In this document: positions 13,825-25,221 of the stretch, piece by piece
Layout: every line of letters begins with the position of its first letter
Numbering within the stretch: the first letter of the stretch is position 1
Assembly (NCBI GenBank): GCA_032718475.1
Contig: JAUCBJ010008623.1
Location: 1 to 64,000 of the forward strand
DNA from: Nemertoderma westbladi
Taxonomy: Eukaryota; Animalia; Xenacoelomorpha
Direction: 5' to 3'
Length of the DNA: 64,000 nucleotides
Notes under the pieces: model-generated
What the model saw: only the letters and a program-made list of their open reading frames with translations
Told to the model about the DNA's origin: nothing
Database searches by the model: none
Position numbers and translations under genes: made by a program

Positions 13825-15717
13825 ATGTCTATTCCGGACCATGAAACCACTTCTGATTTGGTACAGCCAGATGCGGATAACCCATCTGCTAGTGGACTGA
13901 CTGCAACTACGGTCCCAGCTGTACACTCGCCCACACTTTTCAGCTTTGATTCAGCCGAGTCAGCTGAAATCGCATCCCTTAAGGACAGCTTGGCAACACT
14001 AGCTGCCAATCAACGCGATTTTGCCTCACATGACGTGAGCCAATCAATACAGGTTAGTCAATTGAGGCAGGCTCAGAAGCAACAAGCTTTTCAAGCTTCA
14101 CTGCAATTGCAATTTCAGCAACTCATGCAGCAGTTTACACCTGTAAACAATATATCTCCTAGCAACCCCGTCACCAGAGCCGCCCTACATTCGCCTACAC
14201 CACCACTGCAGGCTCCTCAAACACATGGCACTACACATGGAACTACAGCCACAACATTATCCAATTCGCAACAGACAGCCGGATTGCCTCGGCCCCCACA
14301 AAGCACTCAACGTCGAATTGAAACGTCGTACAAACCAGAATCCCTCACAAATGAGCATACACTTGCTCAATTTAAATGCTGGCTCGACCAATTTAGACGA
14401 TTTTATAGTGTAAATGAGAGGCGGATAATTGACCACAATTCCCAGATTGTCCATCTATATGGGTGTATCTCAAGAAAAACACAGGATGCCATGCATGTAA
14501 TAATGAAAGTTACAGACACATTGAGTGTAGATGAGATCCTAGATTTACTCTATGAGTATTTTCGCACCAAGACTAATGTTGTCTGTCGACGAGTGCAGTT
14601 TTACTTGGCTAAGCAAGCCCCAGGTGAATCGTTTGATGATTTTCATGTCCATTTGACAGATTTACAGGGTGACTCAGAACCTTGTGAACACTGCCGTGAC
14701 ACTTCGAGAAAAGATTTTCGAAACTTACGATGCACCCTCTCTCGAAGATGTACTCAGGGCCTGTCGGGCCCGTGAACAATCCGCCATGATGCATCAGGAG
14801 CAATCCCCTACTCTAAAGCAAACAAGGTGACAAAGGCTAAACCAGATTGGAAACAACAAAAAGGGCGTGGGCGCAGCATGTCCAGACATTGACAGTCTGA
14901 CTCAAGAAGCTCTCATCCTCGCCAATATAGCCAACCACCAGATGCTAAGGTAAATATCCGTAAATCCTGTCCAAAATGCATCACCGAGCACCCCCGGAAC
15001 CAATGTCATCATCGCAACAGTATATGTAACCACTGTGGATTAAAGGGCCACATTATCCCTGTATGCGCAAAAAAATTGGCAAATACATCCAATCATGAAT
15101 CCAAAGCCAGCGGGGTATCTAAAACTAATGTCATACGCGGTGATAACTCATTAACAGAAAATGATGAAACAGTTGCATATAATGACACTGCTTCATTTGT
15201 CTATACACTGTCATCACACACACCAGGCCAGTATGACGTGGTTCCACATACCAATGTTGCCCACTCTAACAATGGCACTTCATTCATATGCACAATATTG
15301 CCGAATGCACCCTCTGGGGTCACTGTCACTGTCCATTGCCATAATGTTACATTTACTCGCTCTGCTGTACCCGATACCGGTGCAGATGATACAATAATTG
15401 GGTTTTCTGTATTGCAGAGTCAACAACTCAATTTATTCATCAATAAAATGGATACCATACGCCTCCTAGATGCAAATAACACAAAGTTAAATTGCCTGGG
15501 GTCTATACTCATAGATATTGAATATTATAAACGTACAGTTTCTACAAAGGCATATGTCACTGATGACCTCAATGAGCTGCTCATTTCCCGTGAAGTTTCA
15601 ATGGAGCATGATCTTTTGTCCCCAGTATTCCCTCTCCCGGCATACATGGCACCTCGCACAGATCACAACATAATGTCCATAGAATCTGTTACTACTCCTC
15701 CTTCTCCAAGTTCATAA
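13825..15717 (+). pseudogene. gag: Gypsy gag plus aspartic protease, disrupted
   Basis: Q.PGESFDDF capsid-like motif; zinc knuckles CPKC..EH....C and CNHCGLKGH...VC at about 14968-15066; protease PDTGA; frameshift or stop near 14700-14900. Confidence 0.85.
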
Positions 15718-15790
15718 GGACCGTACCACACTTATTAGTGCATTCAGTGAAGTTTTTGCAGGTAGTTCCCCAGATATCAAACTTCCACCT

Positions 15791-18436
15791 ATGGCTGGCC
15801 CACCCATGAACATTTATCTACAGGATGATTATGTCCCTTATGCTGTACATGCAGCACGACCACTCCCTTACGCATTTCGCAATGAGGCCAAACATAATCT
15901 TGACATTATGGAACGCAAAGGCATTATAGCCAAGGCCACTGAACCTTCTGAATGGGTTAGCCCTATCGTTGTTACAGATAAAAAGAATGGTAAACTGAGA
16001 ATGTGTGTCGACCACACCAAACTCAACCTATATGTTCAGCGACCTATACACCCATTCCCTACCCCCCATGATGTTATTTTCGAGATTCCCAGCAGAATGA
16101 ACTTTTTCTCAACATTTGATGCCACACATGGGTACTGGCAAATCAAACTTGCCGAAAAAAGCCAACCATTAACCACCTTCCTCACTCCTTTTGGCCGATA
16201 TAAATATCTTCATGCCACAATGGGGCTATCATGCTCTGGCGACGAATATTGCCGATATGGAGATAAAGCTATCCACGGGCTCCATAATACTCGGAAAATC
16301 ATAGACGATGTCATCATTTATTCAGCTACATATCCCGAGCTTCTATGCCTAGTGCTCGAATTTCTATCCCGATGCCAAACTAATGATATTACACTGAATC
16401 CAGAAAAGCTGACATTTGCACAACCTTCTGTTGAATATGTTGGTTATATTATTGGAAGCAACGGAATACAAGCAGACCCTAAAAAGGTATCAGCCATTGC
16501 CGACTTCCCACTACCCACGACTATCAGTGACTTACGATCATTCTTTGGCCTCGTAACCCAATTGGCAGATTTCTTTGATGAAATTTCTGCTGCTGCTACA
16601 CCTCTTCGCCCATTATTGAAGACAAAGAATGAGTTATTGTGGAGTGATGGCCATACCATAGCATTCGACAATGTCAAACGGGCCCTCGTTTCCCCACCAG
16701 TGTTACAGCCCTTTAATCCATCACTCCCTACATTATTGCGGTCAGATGCATCACGCCTGAAAGGTTTAGGCTATGCACTTCTTCAGGACCATAGCAACAA
16801 GTTCTCATCCGTTCCTACTTGGCGCCTCGTCCAATGTGGCTCACGGTTTATAAATGAAACAGAGTCATGATATTCCATGGTCGAGCTGGAGCTTTTTGCT
16901 GTTGTTTGGGCCACTATCAAGTGCAAACTATATTTGCGGGGTCTACATAGCTTCATTATTAAGATTGACCACAAACCTTTGGTACCTATCCTCAATGATT
17001 ATACACTAGATCTTATTGACAGCCCACGAATACAACGCTTAAGGGAGAAGCTGATACCCTTTGTATTCCGTGCCCGCTGGGTTCCTGGAAAGTCTCGCCA
17101 TATTGCTGATGCACTGTCCCGTGCACCCACAGCAGACCCAAGCCCACAAGATGATGTCCTAATCGATGACATCACCCACGAGAGTGTCATTCGACACATA
17201 AATTCGTTAGATGACCAATCTTCTGATGATGACTCCATTGCAGTCGACCCTGCACATAACTTTCTAATATCAGAGTCACTGAAGGACCCTAATTACCAGA
17301 CCCTGCTTTCATCACTTAAAACTGGTATTGAACCCCATTGCCTCGATAAATCCATACAGATGTTCAAGAACATTTATCCCCAACTATCTATCGATGGTCA
17401 ACTTGTTTTATATGGCACCCGCATTGTCGTTCCATCTTGTGCACGCCAGGAGATTCTACGTCAACTTCATGTATCCCACCAAGGGATAGATCGCACAAAG
17501 CGCAGAGCCCGTCAGGTACTCTATTGGCCTGGCATGGGCAATGATATAACAACCACAATAGAATCATGTGAAGTGTGTCAGAAATATTGCCCCAGCCAAC
17601 CCCACGAATCTATGATGCCTACACCTCGACCAAATAGACCTTTTCAACAAGTATCGACAGATTTGTTTTCATTTGCCAATCAGGAATATATGGTATATGT
17701 TGATCGATTCTCAGGTTGGCCCATAGTGGAACAGTTCAATCAATGTGCCACATCATTGCTGGTTATAACAGCCATGATTCGCTATTTCAAGGACACTGGT
17801 GTCCCCATTGAATTATCTTCTGATGGAGGCTCACAATTTGACTCCAAAGAGTTCAAAGCATTCTGTACAGAATGGAACATCAGACAACGCATATCTTCAC
17901 CAGAACATCCGCAGTCCAATGGACATGCGGAATCATCCGTGAAAGCCATGAAGGCTTTAGTAAAGAAATGTCAGAGTACCACGGGTAATCTGATGAAGGA
18001 AAAATTATGTGAAGCGATACTCGAATGGCGCAACACTCCCCTTCCATCTGGCCTCTCACCAGCCCAGCTCCTTTACAAACGCCCCTTACAGTCAAGGGTT
18101 CCCATTCACCATAGCTTATTCAAACCTGAATTTCAGGCATCCAGTCGGGATGTTGCTCACCGTGCCACTTACCACCAGCAGGAAACTGAGGATCGTTATA
18201 ATGAGTCGGCACACTCGCTTCAGCCTTTTTCAATTGGAGATAATGTGAGGATTCAAAACCAAGCCACCAAACTGTGGGACCAAACTGGTGTTGTCTCATC
18301 AATAACAGGACCTAGACGGTATGAGGTTCGACAACCAACAGGTCGCATTCTCATCCGTAATAGGCGCTTCCTTAGACCCGCTTCCTTAGAGCGCTTGAAT
18401 TGCCAGTTGCAGATGAAATCGCTACTCCTCATTTAG
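15791..18436 (+). pseudogene. pol: Gypsy pol (RT, RNase H, integrase) with one in-frame stop at 16868-16870
   Basis: LRMCVD, FDATHGYWQI, IIDDVII, SDAS, HHCC zinc finger (H.SHQG...CEVCQ), SDGGSQF, PQSNGHAES. Both ORFs are in the same frame, separated by TGA. Confidence 0.92.
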
Positions 18437-18658
18437 ATAACACATAGATTGAAGATAAACATAAAACTGTCACACTTGATTTGACACTGAAGGTAATCCC
18501 TGCTAGATGCAGCATACGACCCACACATCCTCCACGAGCTTATGGTTTTACTCCATAGATCTCAAACTATTTCGACCTTGAAGGGGGAATTGACACTGGT
18601 TGAAACATACTCATTTTCTACCATAGATCTCAAACTATTTCGATCTTGAAGGGGGAAT

Positions 18659-18925
18659 TGATACATACTCAATCGCATGCAATATATATAGGACGATTGC
18701 AATACTGGACTCACCTGTCTGCATGTCGATTCTTTGTTATATATATACATATAGCTACCGGTTGCGTACATACGACCTACCCGTTCTGCCGTCTAGCACG
18801 GTCCGTCTGTAGTGCTGTCCAAGCACAATGCTTCGTTATTTCAGTATTTAGTATTCATACTCATCTATATTATACAGCAAGATGTTTATGTTCATATTAT
18901 TATTTGTCCACTAAAAGACTCAGCA
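18659..18925 (+). repeat. 3' LTR
   Basis: Preceded by a polypurine tract and followed by the TSD GTTAG. Confidence 0.95.
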
Positions 18926-18930
18926 GTTAG

Positions 18931-21900
18931 TAGCCTCTTTTTGCAGTTACACTCTTTATTTTACGTTACCCCCTTTTTAAATGGTGCACATAACAATCTA
19001 GAATTGCTATATTGCTCCTCTAGGTCGGTCGGAAGCAGGATTGCTAAACTTCCAAGGCGCACTGGGAGTGAACAGAGTTCCTGTTCCGCAGGAGTGATGG
19101 CAGGCTGCCCCGCTAACGGCGCAAGACACTTCTCGACGGCAGCCTCGAGATCTCCAAACCGATCCGTAGACTGCGGAATAACGCGCGATATGTATCGCCA
19201 ACGCGCCGACAACCCAATCGCGGGGCCCGCGTATACGCAGTGCGGGTCAATGGCGGCGATTCCTTTGAGACGCTCCACCTGTCGGACAAACTCGGTAACC
19301 TTGGCGTCGATGAACTCCTGTCGGAACTCTTCAGTGCCGACGGCGCCGCCGAGGAGTCGGCACCCACGGACCTCGATCGTAAAGCAGGGTTCCGGGAATA
19401 GGGACTCTGCTTCTCCGAGAAACTCTGGCTTTACGAGGAGGACACATTTCGTTGGAAAGTACCCATATAAAGGACCCCGAGCAGCTACTACGTCCCACCA
19501 TTTCCGGAGCACAGACAGCGTTCAGCCGCATTCCCGTCGTCCGCATACCACTTCTGGTTCACGCTGGACGCTTCCTCCAGCTCATCTAACAGCGGGATCG
19601 TCCCAACGGCGTAGCTCGGCATGGCGAGAGGGTCGCCCTGGGTAAAACCCTCGGCCGAGTATATACACTCGCCCCCGATAAACAGTTTAGTTGGCTGGGT
19701 GTAGCAGTTGGAAACCGCAGTCTTAAGATGCCGATATTGTGTGTCACAGCGCTGCAGTTTAATGAATTAAACGCTTTGTTTGCGTCCACTTGTAGAACTG
19801 CCTTGCACCCGTCGCTGTCAAACGGGTCATTTAGACTATGTACGGCGTGTTGAATCCCCGCTTTCTGCCCGCAACATAACTGTACTGAGCCACCAACAGT
19901 CTGTAGATCATACGAGACGCTCGCAATGATTGACTTTCCGATAATGCATTGGAGTACCTCCCCTATGCCAATCGGCCTGACGCCCGGGCACTTATCTATA
20001 GCAACCAGGCGAGCCGAGAGTAACGATGAGAGACGGCCAGAATCAATTGGTGTTTGGGCAACCTTTCTCGCTGCCATGGCGATGCTTGAACATAGCTCAG
20101 AAGAGGCTCCCCGGAATCGGGTGGCAATGTACTTCCATCCCTGGACGTTGAGACCGGAAGGGCCAGCAGCATTCCCGTTAATATGAAGGAGGCTAGTGAG
20201 AACCAACTGGGCATCAATCTTCTCGAATATAAGTCCATGGAACTCAGGTGCCCGAACAAATCCCTCCAGCAATGTCGTATTGTCTGCTGTTTCTGCAGGG
20301 GGATGTTTGTCCAACAGAAACTCCTTCACAGTTTTAGTGACTCCGTTCTTATCTGTAACTATCTGGCTAAGTTTAAGTAACCCTCCCTTAGACAGCTGTC
20401 TAGACTACGAACGGCTGCACTCACATTGCCGACCAGCATGTGCCAGCAGAAAGCGAGCTCAGCTGCATTATTATGGATGGTTGCCACGTGGGAGGAACCA
20501 CATTTGAGGTGGGCTTGGATTGCGCTGGCCTCTTGGAGAAGTTCTTCAAACTGGCCGAGTTTCCAAGATTTCATGCGACGTTCTAAAACTCGTCGGTGGG
20601 TTGCTGCGTTGGATGAGCGGGATAGTTTCTGTAGGAGGAGGGCGGGGAGAATCATTAACGCTGTTAGAGCAGCATTCTCGAGTCCGAAGTCGCCACTGAA
20701 CATGTTGAGGAGCCGTGACATCTCGGAAACGACCTCGCGACCGGCCGCGCCTGGGGGAAGAAGAAACAAATTCGATCGCCAATGGACTATCACATTGTAC
20801 ACTCGATGTAATGTGTCTAAGAAAGCAGGGGCAGGTATTGGTTGTCCGAACCAAGATATCGTTGGTGACCTTGTTGTAAACATTGAAGAAGGCCTTTGAC
20901 GGACAACTGGACAAACCTGGGGAAGGTAAGGAATGGGTTTAGGGTTAATGGGACCAATGAAATTCTCACATCTCCCCACCAACAGCGGACCACAAATAGT
21001 GCAGTAACGCCCTTCCTTTGCGCATACACACTTAGTGCAACGCCCCCCAGATGCGCTGCAGCTACAACAATGGTTGCCACCCGACAGACTGGTGACAGGG
21101 GCATCCGACTGACTTGTGGTGGTGACAGGGACACCTGACAGACTGGTGACAGGGACATCCGACAGACTGGTGACAGGGACATCCGACCGACTGGTAGCAG
21201 TGACAGGGAGAAGGACACCCGACAGACTGGTGACAGGGACACCCGACAGTCTGGTGACAGGGACATCCGATAGACTGGTGGCGGTGACAGGGAGAAGGAC
21301 ACCCGACAGACCGGTAACAGGGACACCCGAAAAACTGGTGACAGGGACACCCGACAGACCAATGACAGGGGCACCCGACAAACCGGTGACAGGAATACCC
21401 AACAGATTGGTGGCGGTGACAGGGACACCCGACAGATTGGTGGCAGTGACAGGGACACCTGACAAACTTGTGACAGGGACACCCAACAGATTGGTGGCGG
21501 TGACAGGGGCACCCGAGAGATTGGTGGCAGTGGCAGTGACACCCAACAAACTTGTGACAGGGACACCTGACAAACTTGTGACAGGGACATCAGACAGACT
21601 GGTGGCGGTGGCAAGGACACCCGACAGACTGGTGACAGGGACACACGACAGACTGGTGACAGGGACACCCGACAAACTGGTGACAGGGACACCTGGAAGA
21701 CTAGTGGCGGGAACACCAGACGGACAGGTGACAGGGACACCTGACAAACTGGAGAGAGGGACACCCGATAGACTGGCGACAGGGACACCCAACATGCTGG
21801 TGGAGGGGACACATGACAGACTGTCACAGGGACATCAGACAGGCTGGTCACTGGGACGTCCGACAGACTGGACACAGGGACCTCACCAGAAAGCGGTGAA

Positions 21901-22250
21901 CTGAATCGAGGTGAAGGCGGACTACCTAGAGGACTATGGAATGTAAGGGAATCTTCCAATATTGTCTCATCTGCATCAACTAGAGTGACGTCACCAACGT
22001 TGGATGTACATTCCACGGGTTGAGACAGCGACACTCGTGATACGTCATCGACATTGTCCGGTAGGGACGACATAAGTGGTTGGGAAAACGAGCCTCTGTT
22101 CGGATTCCAGGGATTGTCGCATCTTCCTTCCTCCAGTAAGGCACAGCTGTCACATGGCCACCCTCGACTCTGACACCTACACCTCGAGGTCGTGCTGCAA
22201 CGGCCGCCAGCTCGCATCGAGTACTGACATTGGCAGCACCTTTTCGGCAT
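18931..22250 (-). pseudogene. CRE-like element N-terminal region and RT, frameshifted
   Basis: ORFs 20817-22250, 20359-21795, 19586-20329 and 18961-19512 are successive frames: Cys-rich motifs, WRSNLFLLP, RT core, GPLYGYF and LPVRLGSL. Confidence 0.8.
21085..21880. repeat. 24-bp coding minisatellite (GACAGACTGGTGACAGGGACACCC; LSGVPVTS on the minus strand)
   Basis: About 30 units with 6-bp insertion variants that keep the frame open. Confidence 0.9.
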
Positions 22251-23019
22251 AGCGACCTAGTTGCCCGTTATAGTATCCGTATCCAGAAATAACTCGCAAA
22301 TAACCGGCGAAAGCTGCTGTGCAATGCTGTGCAATACAGCCATTATGGATTTATTTGTTATGCAGGTTAGATATAGTAGTTCACTATTTGGTAACTATTC
22401 TCATTTGGGTTCATTCTTATTTTGGTTTCATGTATTTTATTCAGCCTTTAGTGGTATCAGTTTTTGGGTTTCATCTATTTACTACCGGTCTGATTTGTTT
22501 ATTTCTCTATTTCAGTATTGGTTTCATTTCCTGTATTATATTGGTCAATTGGTACTGTGCTGTATTTAGATAGGGTAGGGACTCACAGTACACTGCTGAT
22601 GATAGAGCTGTGTTTCCCCAGGTACAGTGTTTAAATCCTGAAACCCTTTATTTTTATCAAATTTAGTATGTAGACTTACCCCTTTTGGTGGACTAAATGT
22701 CCTGTATTTTCTAATAGGCCTATATAGGATAGTTATTCGTGCAGTTATTAAAGTGTTTATTTGTAGTTAGGTTTCATTTTTGATAGGAGACTGGATCACA
22801 TTGTTTCTATATATATATTTCGCCAGTCAGGTTGTACTGTACCCATATTGTTTCTTATATAACATACATATATATGTATAACATAATAGCATAATAAAAT
22901 AAAATAAATAACTAAATATGATGGATTATTTCACTATAAGATAGCATTTGTAGTATGCCTATGTAATATGTAATATGCCTATTCATATTGGTACTCATAA
23001 AACCTGTAGGTAATCTAAT

Positions 23020-23102
23020 GGCGCAGTGGTCAGATGGTTAAGGCGTTGGTTACATTACAGATAGGTTACGAGTTCGAATCCTAGTCGGGAAAATTGCATT
23101 TT
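23020..23102 (+). other. tRNA-like Pol III head (A and B boxes), not a functional tRNA
   Basis: TGGTCAGATGG and GTTCGAATCC (23072-23081) followed by TTTT; acceptor and anticodon arms do not pair. Confidence 0.7.
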
Positions 23103-23135
23103 GGGCAATTTATTTCATTTGATATAATTTGATAA

Positions 23136-23300
23136 ACCAATGAGGTGCGTACAACATATGGAACGATGAGTTGGGCCAATCATAGGGCATGGAACATCTT
23201 ATTGCTCCAATGTGAGGCCATGGAATGCTCTGGAAGGTTCTAGCGGATTCTATGTCCCAGATTTAGTATATATAAGGGCCGGTTTGCCTTTGGTTATCAC
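23136..23300 (+). promoter_or_regulatory. Pol II-type promoter: 3 CCAAT boxes, HSE-like array, TATA box
   Basis: CCAAT at about 23138, 23176 and 23207; gGAAt-gCTCt-gGAAg-gTTCt (23222-23241); TATATATAAG at about 23267. Same order in copy B. Confidence 0.6.
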
Positions 23301-24052
23301 ATTCACTTTACTAGTTAACACCACTCGTAGAACTTGTTTCTAGTTACCATTTCTCTTGCTTAGAACTATATTTGTTATAACTCTTTAGATCTGTTTGATA
23401 AATCTTTGTAAAACTGTAAATATACTGTAAACTTCTGAACATGTATATTTCCAAACGTCCACCATTGGGACAGCTAAGCATTGGGAAGATGGCCGCCTAG
23501 ACCATTAGGCCGTCAGCAATGCAGGGAAGATGTCCACAACACGCTAGCGCCCACATTAGATTAGAGCGCGCACCCCCTTCACTCTTCGAAATACTCCACC
23601 TTGCCATGCAGCGCCCGATTTTCGAGGAAGGTAAGACTTTGTTTGACGCCCTTGCCCGACGTAAGACCTATAGATCAGGGTAAGCGTGATGCCGTCCTGG
23701 GACGCCGCAAAATTTAGGATCAAATAACTAGATTTGGACCGAACCCCCGTATTGCAAATCCCTGGGTTAACCTGTATATCTCACAGGTGCGAACTATTGC
23801 CGTCCGTCAGTACGCGAGTACATATTAGGTACATACAGCATATGTTCCATAATTTAGTGATTCGCAATACTGACAGTTTGGTACCGGTTTGCTTTGTAGA
23901 ACATACATTAGTACCCCCCCCCCCCCCCCTGTCTGAACTTAGTTATTCGTTCAGGCAAGGAGTATTTCTGCTACCGGCACTTCGCTTGGCCTAGGGAGGT
24001 TTATTAATATCCTACCGCACCTTGCCACGTTCTGATAGGTATTGCTGCTAAC

Positions 24053-25221
24053 GGAAGCAGGACAATTCGGTCCCGGACAATTCGGTCCGGACAATTCGGT
24101 CCCGGACAATTCGGTCCCGGACAATTCGGTCCCATTAATTTTGTGTTTTGGGACCGAATTGTCCGGATACTGACTAGGACAATTCGGTCCCAAAACATGC
24201 ATATTAAAGGGACCGAATTGTCCGGGACCGAATTGTCCGGGACCCAATTGTCCGGGACCGAATTGTCCGGGACCGAATTGTCCGGGACCGAATTGTCCAG
24301 GACCCAATTGTCCGGGACCAAATTTAATTGGTAATATATAATGGAGAATGTTCTAGAACCTTAATATATATTATTATATGGTAGCTAGTGTTTTTTTTTA
24401 CTAGCTAGTATTTTTTTTTAAATAAAAAAAATTTACTTTTTTTGTTAACATTATTAGTTATGGTAGCTATTATGGTGTTTTTATGGAGCTTGTGAATTAT
24501 TTACTAGCTAGTAATAGTATGTGTATTTAAAATGTTTAAAACTGATTTTTTTTATATATTGCGTAAGTATACTGTATGTGTTGTTGGTTGGTTAACAAGC
24601 CTAAATTATTATCCTAGATAATAGCTGGATCTCATTCAGGGACTGTTATAATATCATCAATATTTTTGGTAATTAATATAATCAGCAACAGTTTAGGCCT
24701 AATTCTGAAATATCAATGTTTTCACAAGTGCTTTTATAATTTCAAGGCAATGCTAGCTAGTAAAAAAAATACTAGCTACACCTTAATAAATAATATATAA
24801 TAATGTTCTTGAACACTTACCAATAACAAAAATTAAAAAAATACAGTGTTTTTTAAATTTCAAAAATTTATAGCAAGTAAATAACACTAGCTACCATAAA
24901 AAATATCTCTACTAATGTTCTAGAACATTCACCAATATCAAAAAAGCACTAAAAAGTTGCTATCAGGAACCGGACAATTCGGTCCCGGACAATTCGGTCC
25001 CGGACAATTCGGTCCCGGACAATTCGGTCCCGGACAATTCGGTCCCGGACAATTCGGTCCTAGGACAATTCGGTCCTAGGACAATTCGGTCCCGGACAAT
25101 TCGGTCCCATTTATTTAGTGTTTTGGGACCGAATTGTCCGGGACCGAATTGTCCGGGACCGAATTGTCCAGGACCGAATTGTCCGGGACCGAATTGTCCG
25201 GGACCGAATTGTCCTACATCC
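24053..25221. mobile_element. Mutator-like MITE with 15-bp subterminal repeats
   Basis: Termini GGAAGCAGGACAATTCGGTCCC and GGGACCGAATTGTCCTACATCC; perfect 9-bp TSD GCTGCTAAC (24044-24052, 25222-25230); arrays of GGACAATTCGGTCCC in both orientations. Confidence 0.9.

Larger units (their letters stand above)
13346..18925 (+). mobile_element. Full-length Ty3/Gypsy LTR retrotransposon (Mag-like)
   Basis: TG...CA LTRs at 13346-13613 and 18659-18925; 5-bp TSD GTTAG (13341-13345, 18926-18930); PBS TGGCGCAG; PPT GAAGGGGGAA; PR-RT-RH-IN order. Confidence 0.97.
12330..22330 (-). mobile_element. CRE-clade-like non-LTR retrotransposon (RT plus restriction-like endonuclease), frameshifted and split by a Gypsy insertion
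   Basis: RT motifs GPSGL and ARLVAIDKCPGVRPIGIGEVL; EKGALSWL; CxxG..HAMSC zinc finger; RHNEVRD..VEPHLQP..ARLDV..FW; FTPLIFSAYGG. Ends are approximate. Confidence 0.8.

Noticed and set aside
18812-19645. 277-aa plus-strand ORF, and 21116-21904
   Set aside because: Antisense shadows of the GC-rich CRE coding strand and its minisatellite.
23020-23090. Functional tRNA genes (also 9745, 58240, 58650, 62711)
   Set aside because: A and B boxes are present but acceptor or anticodon stems do not form a cloverleaf.
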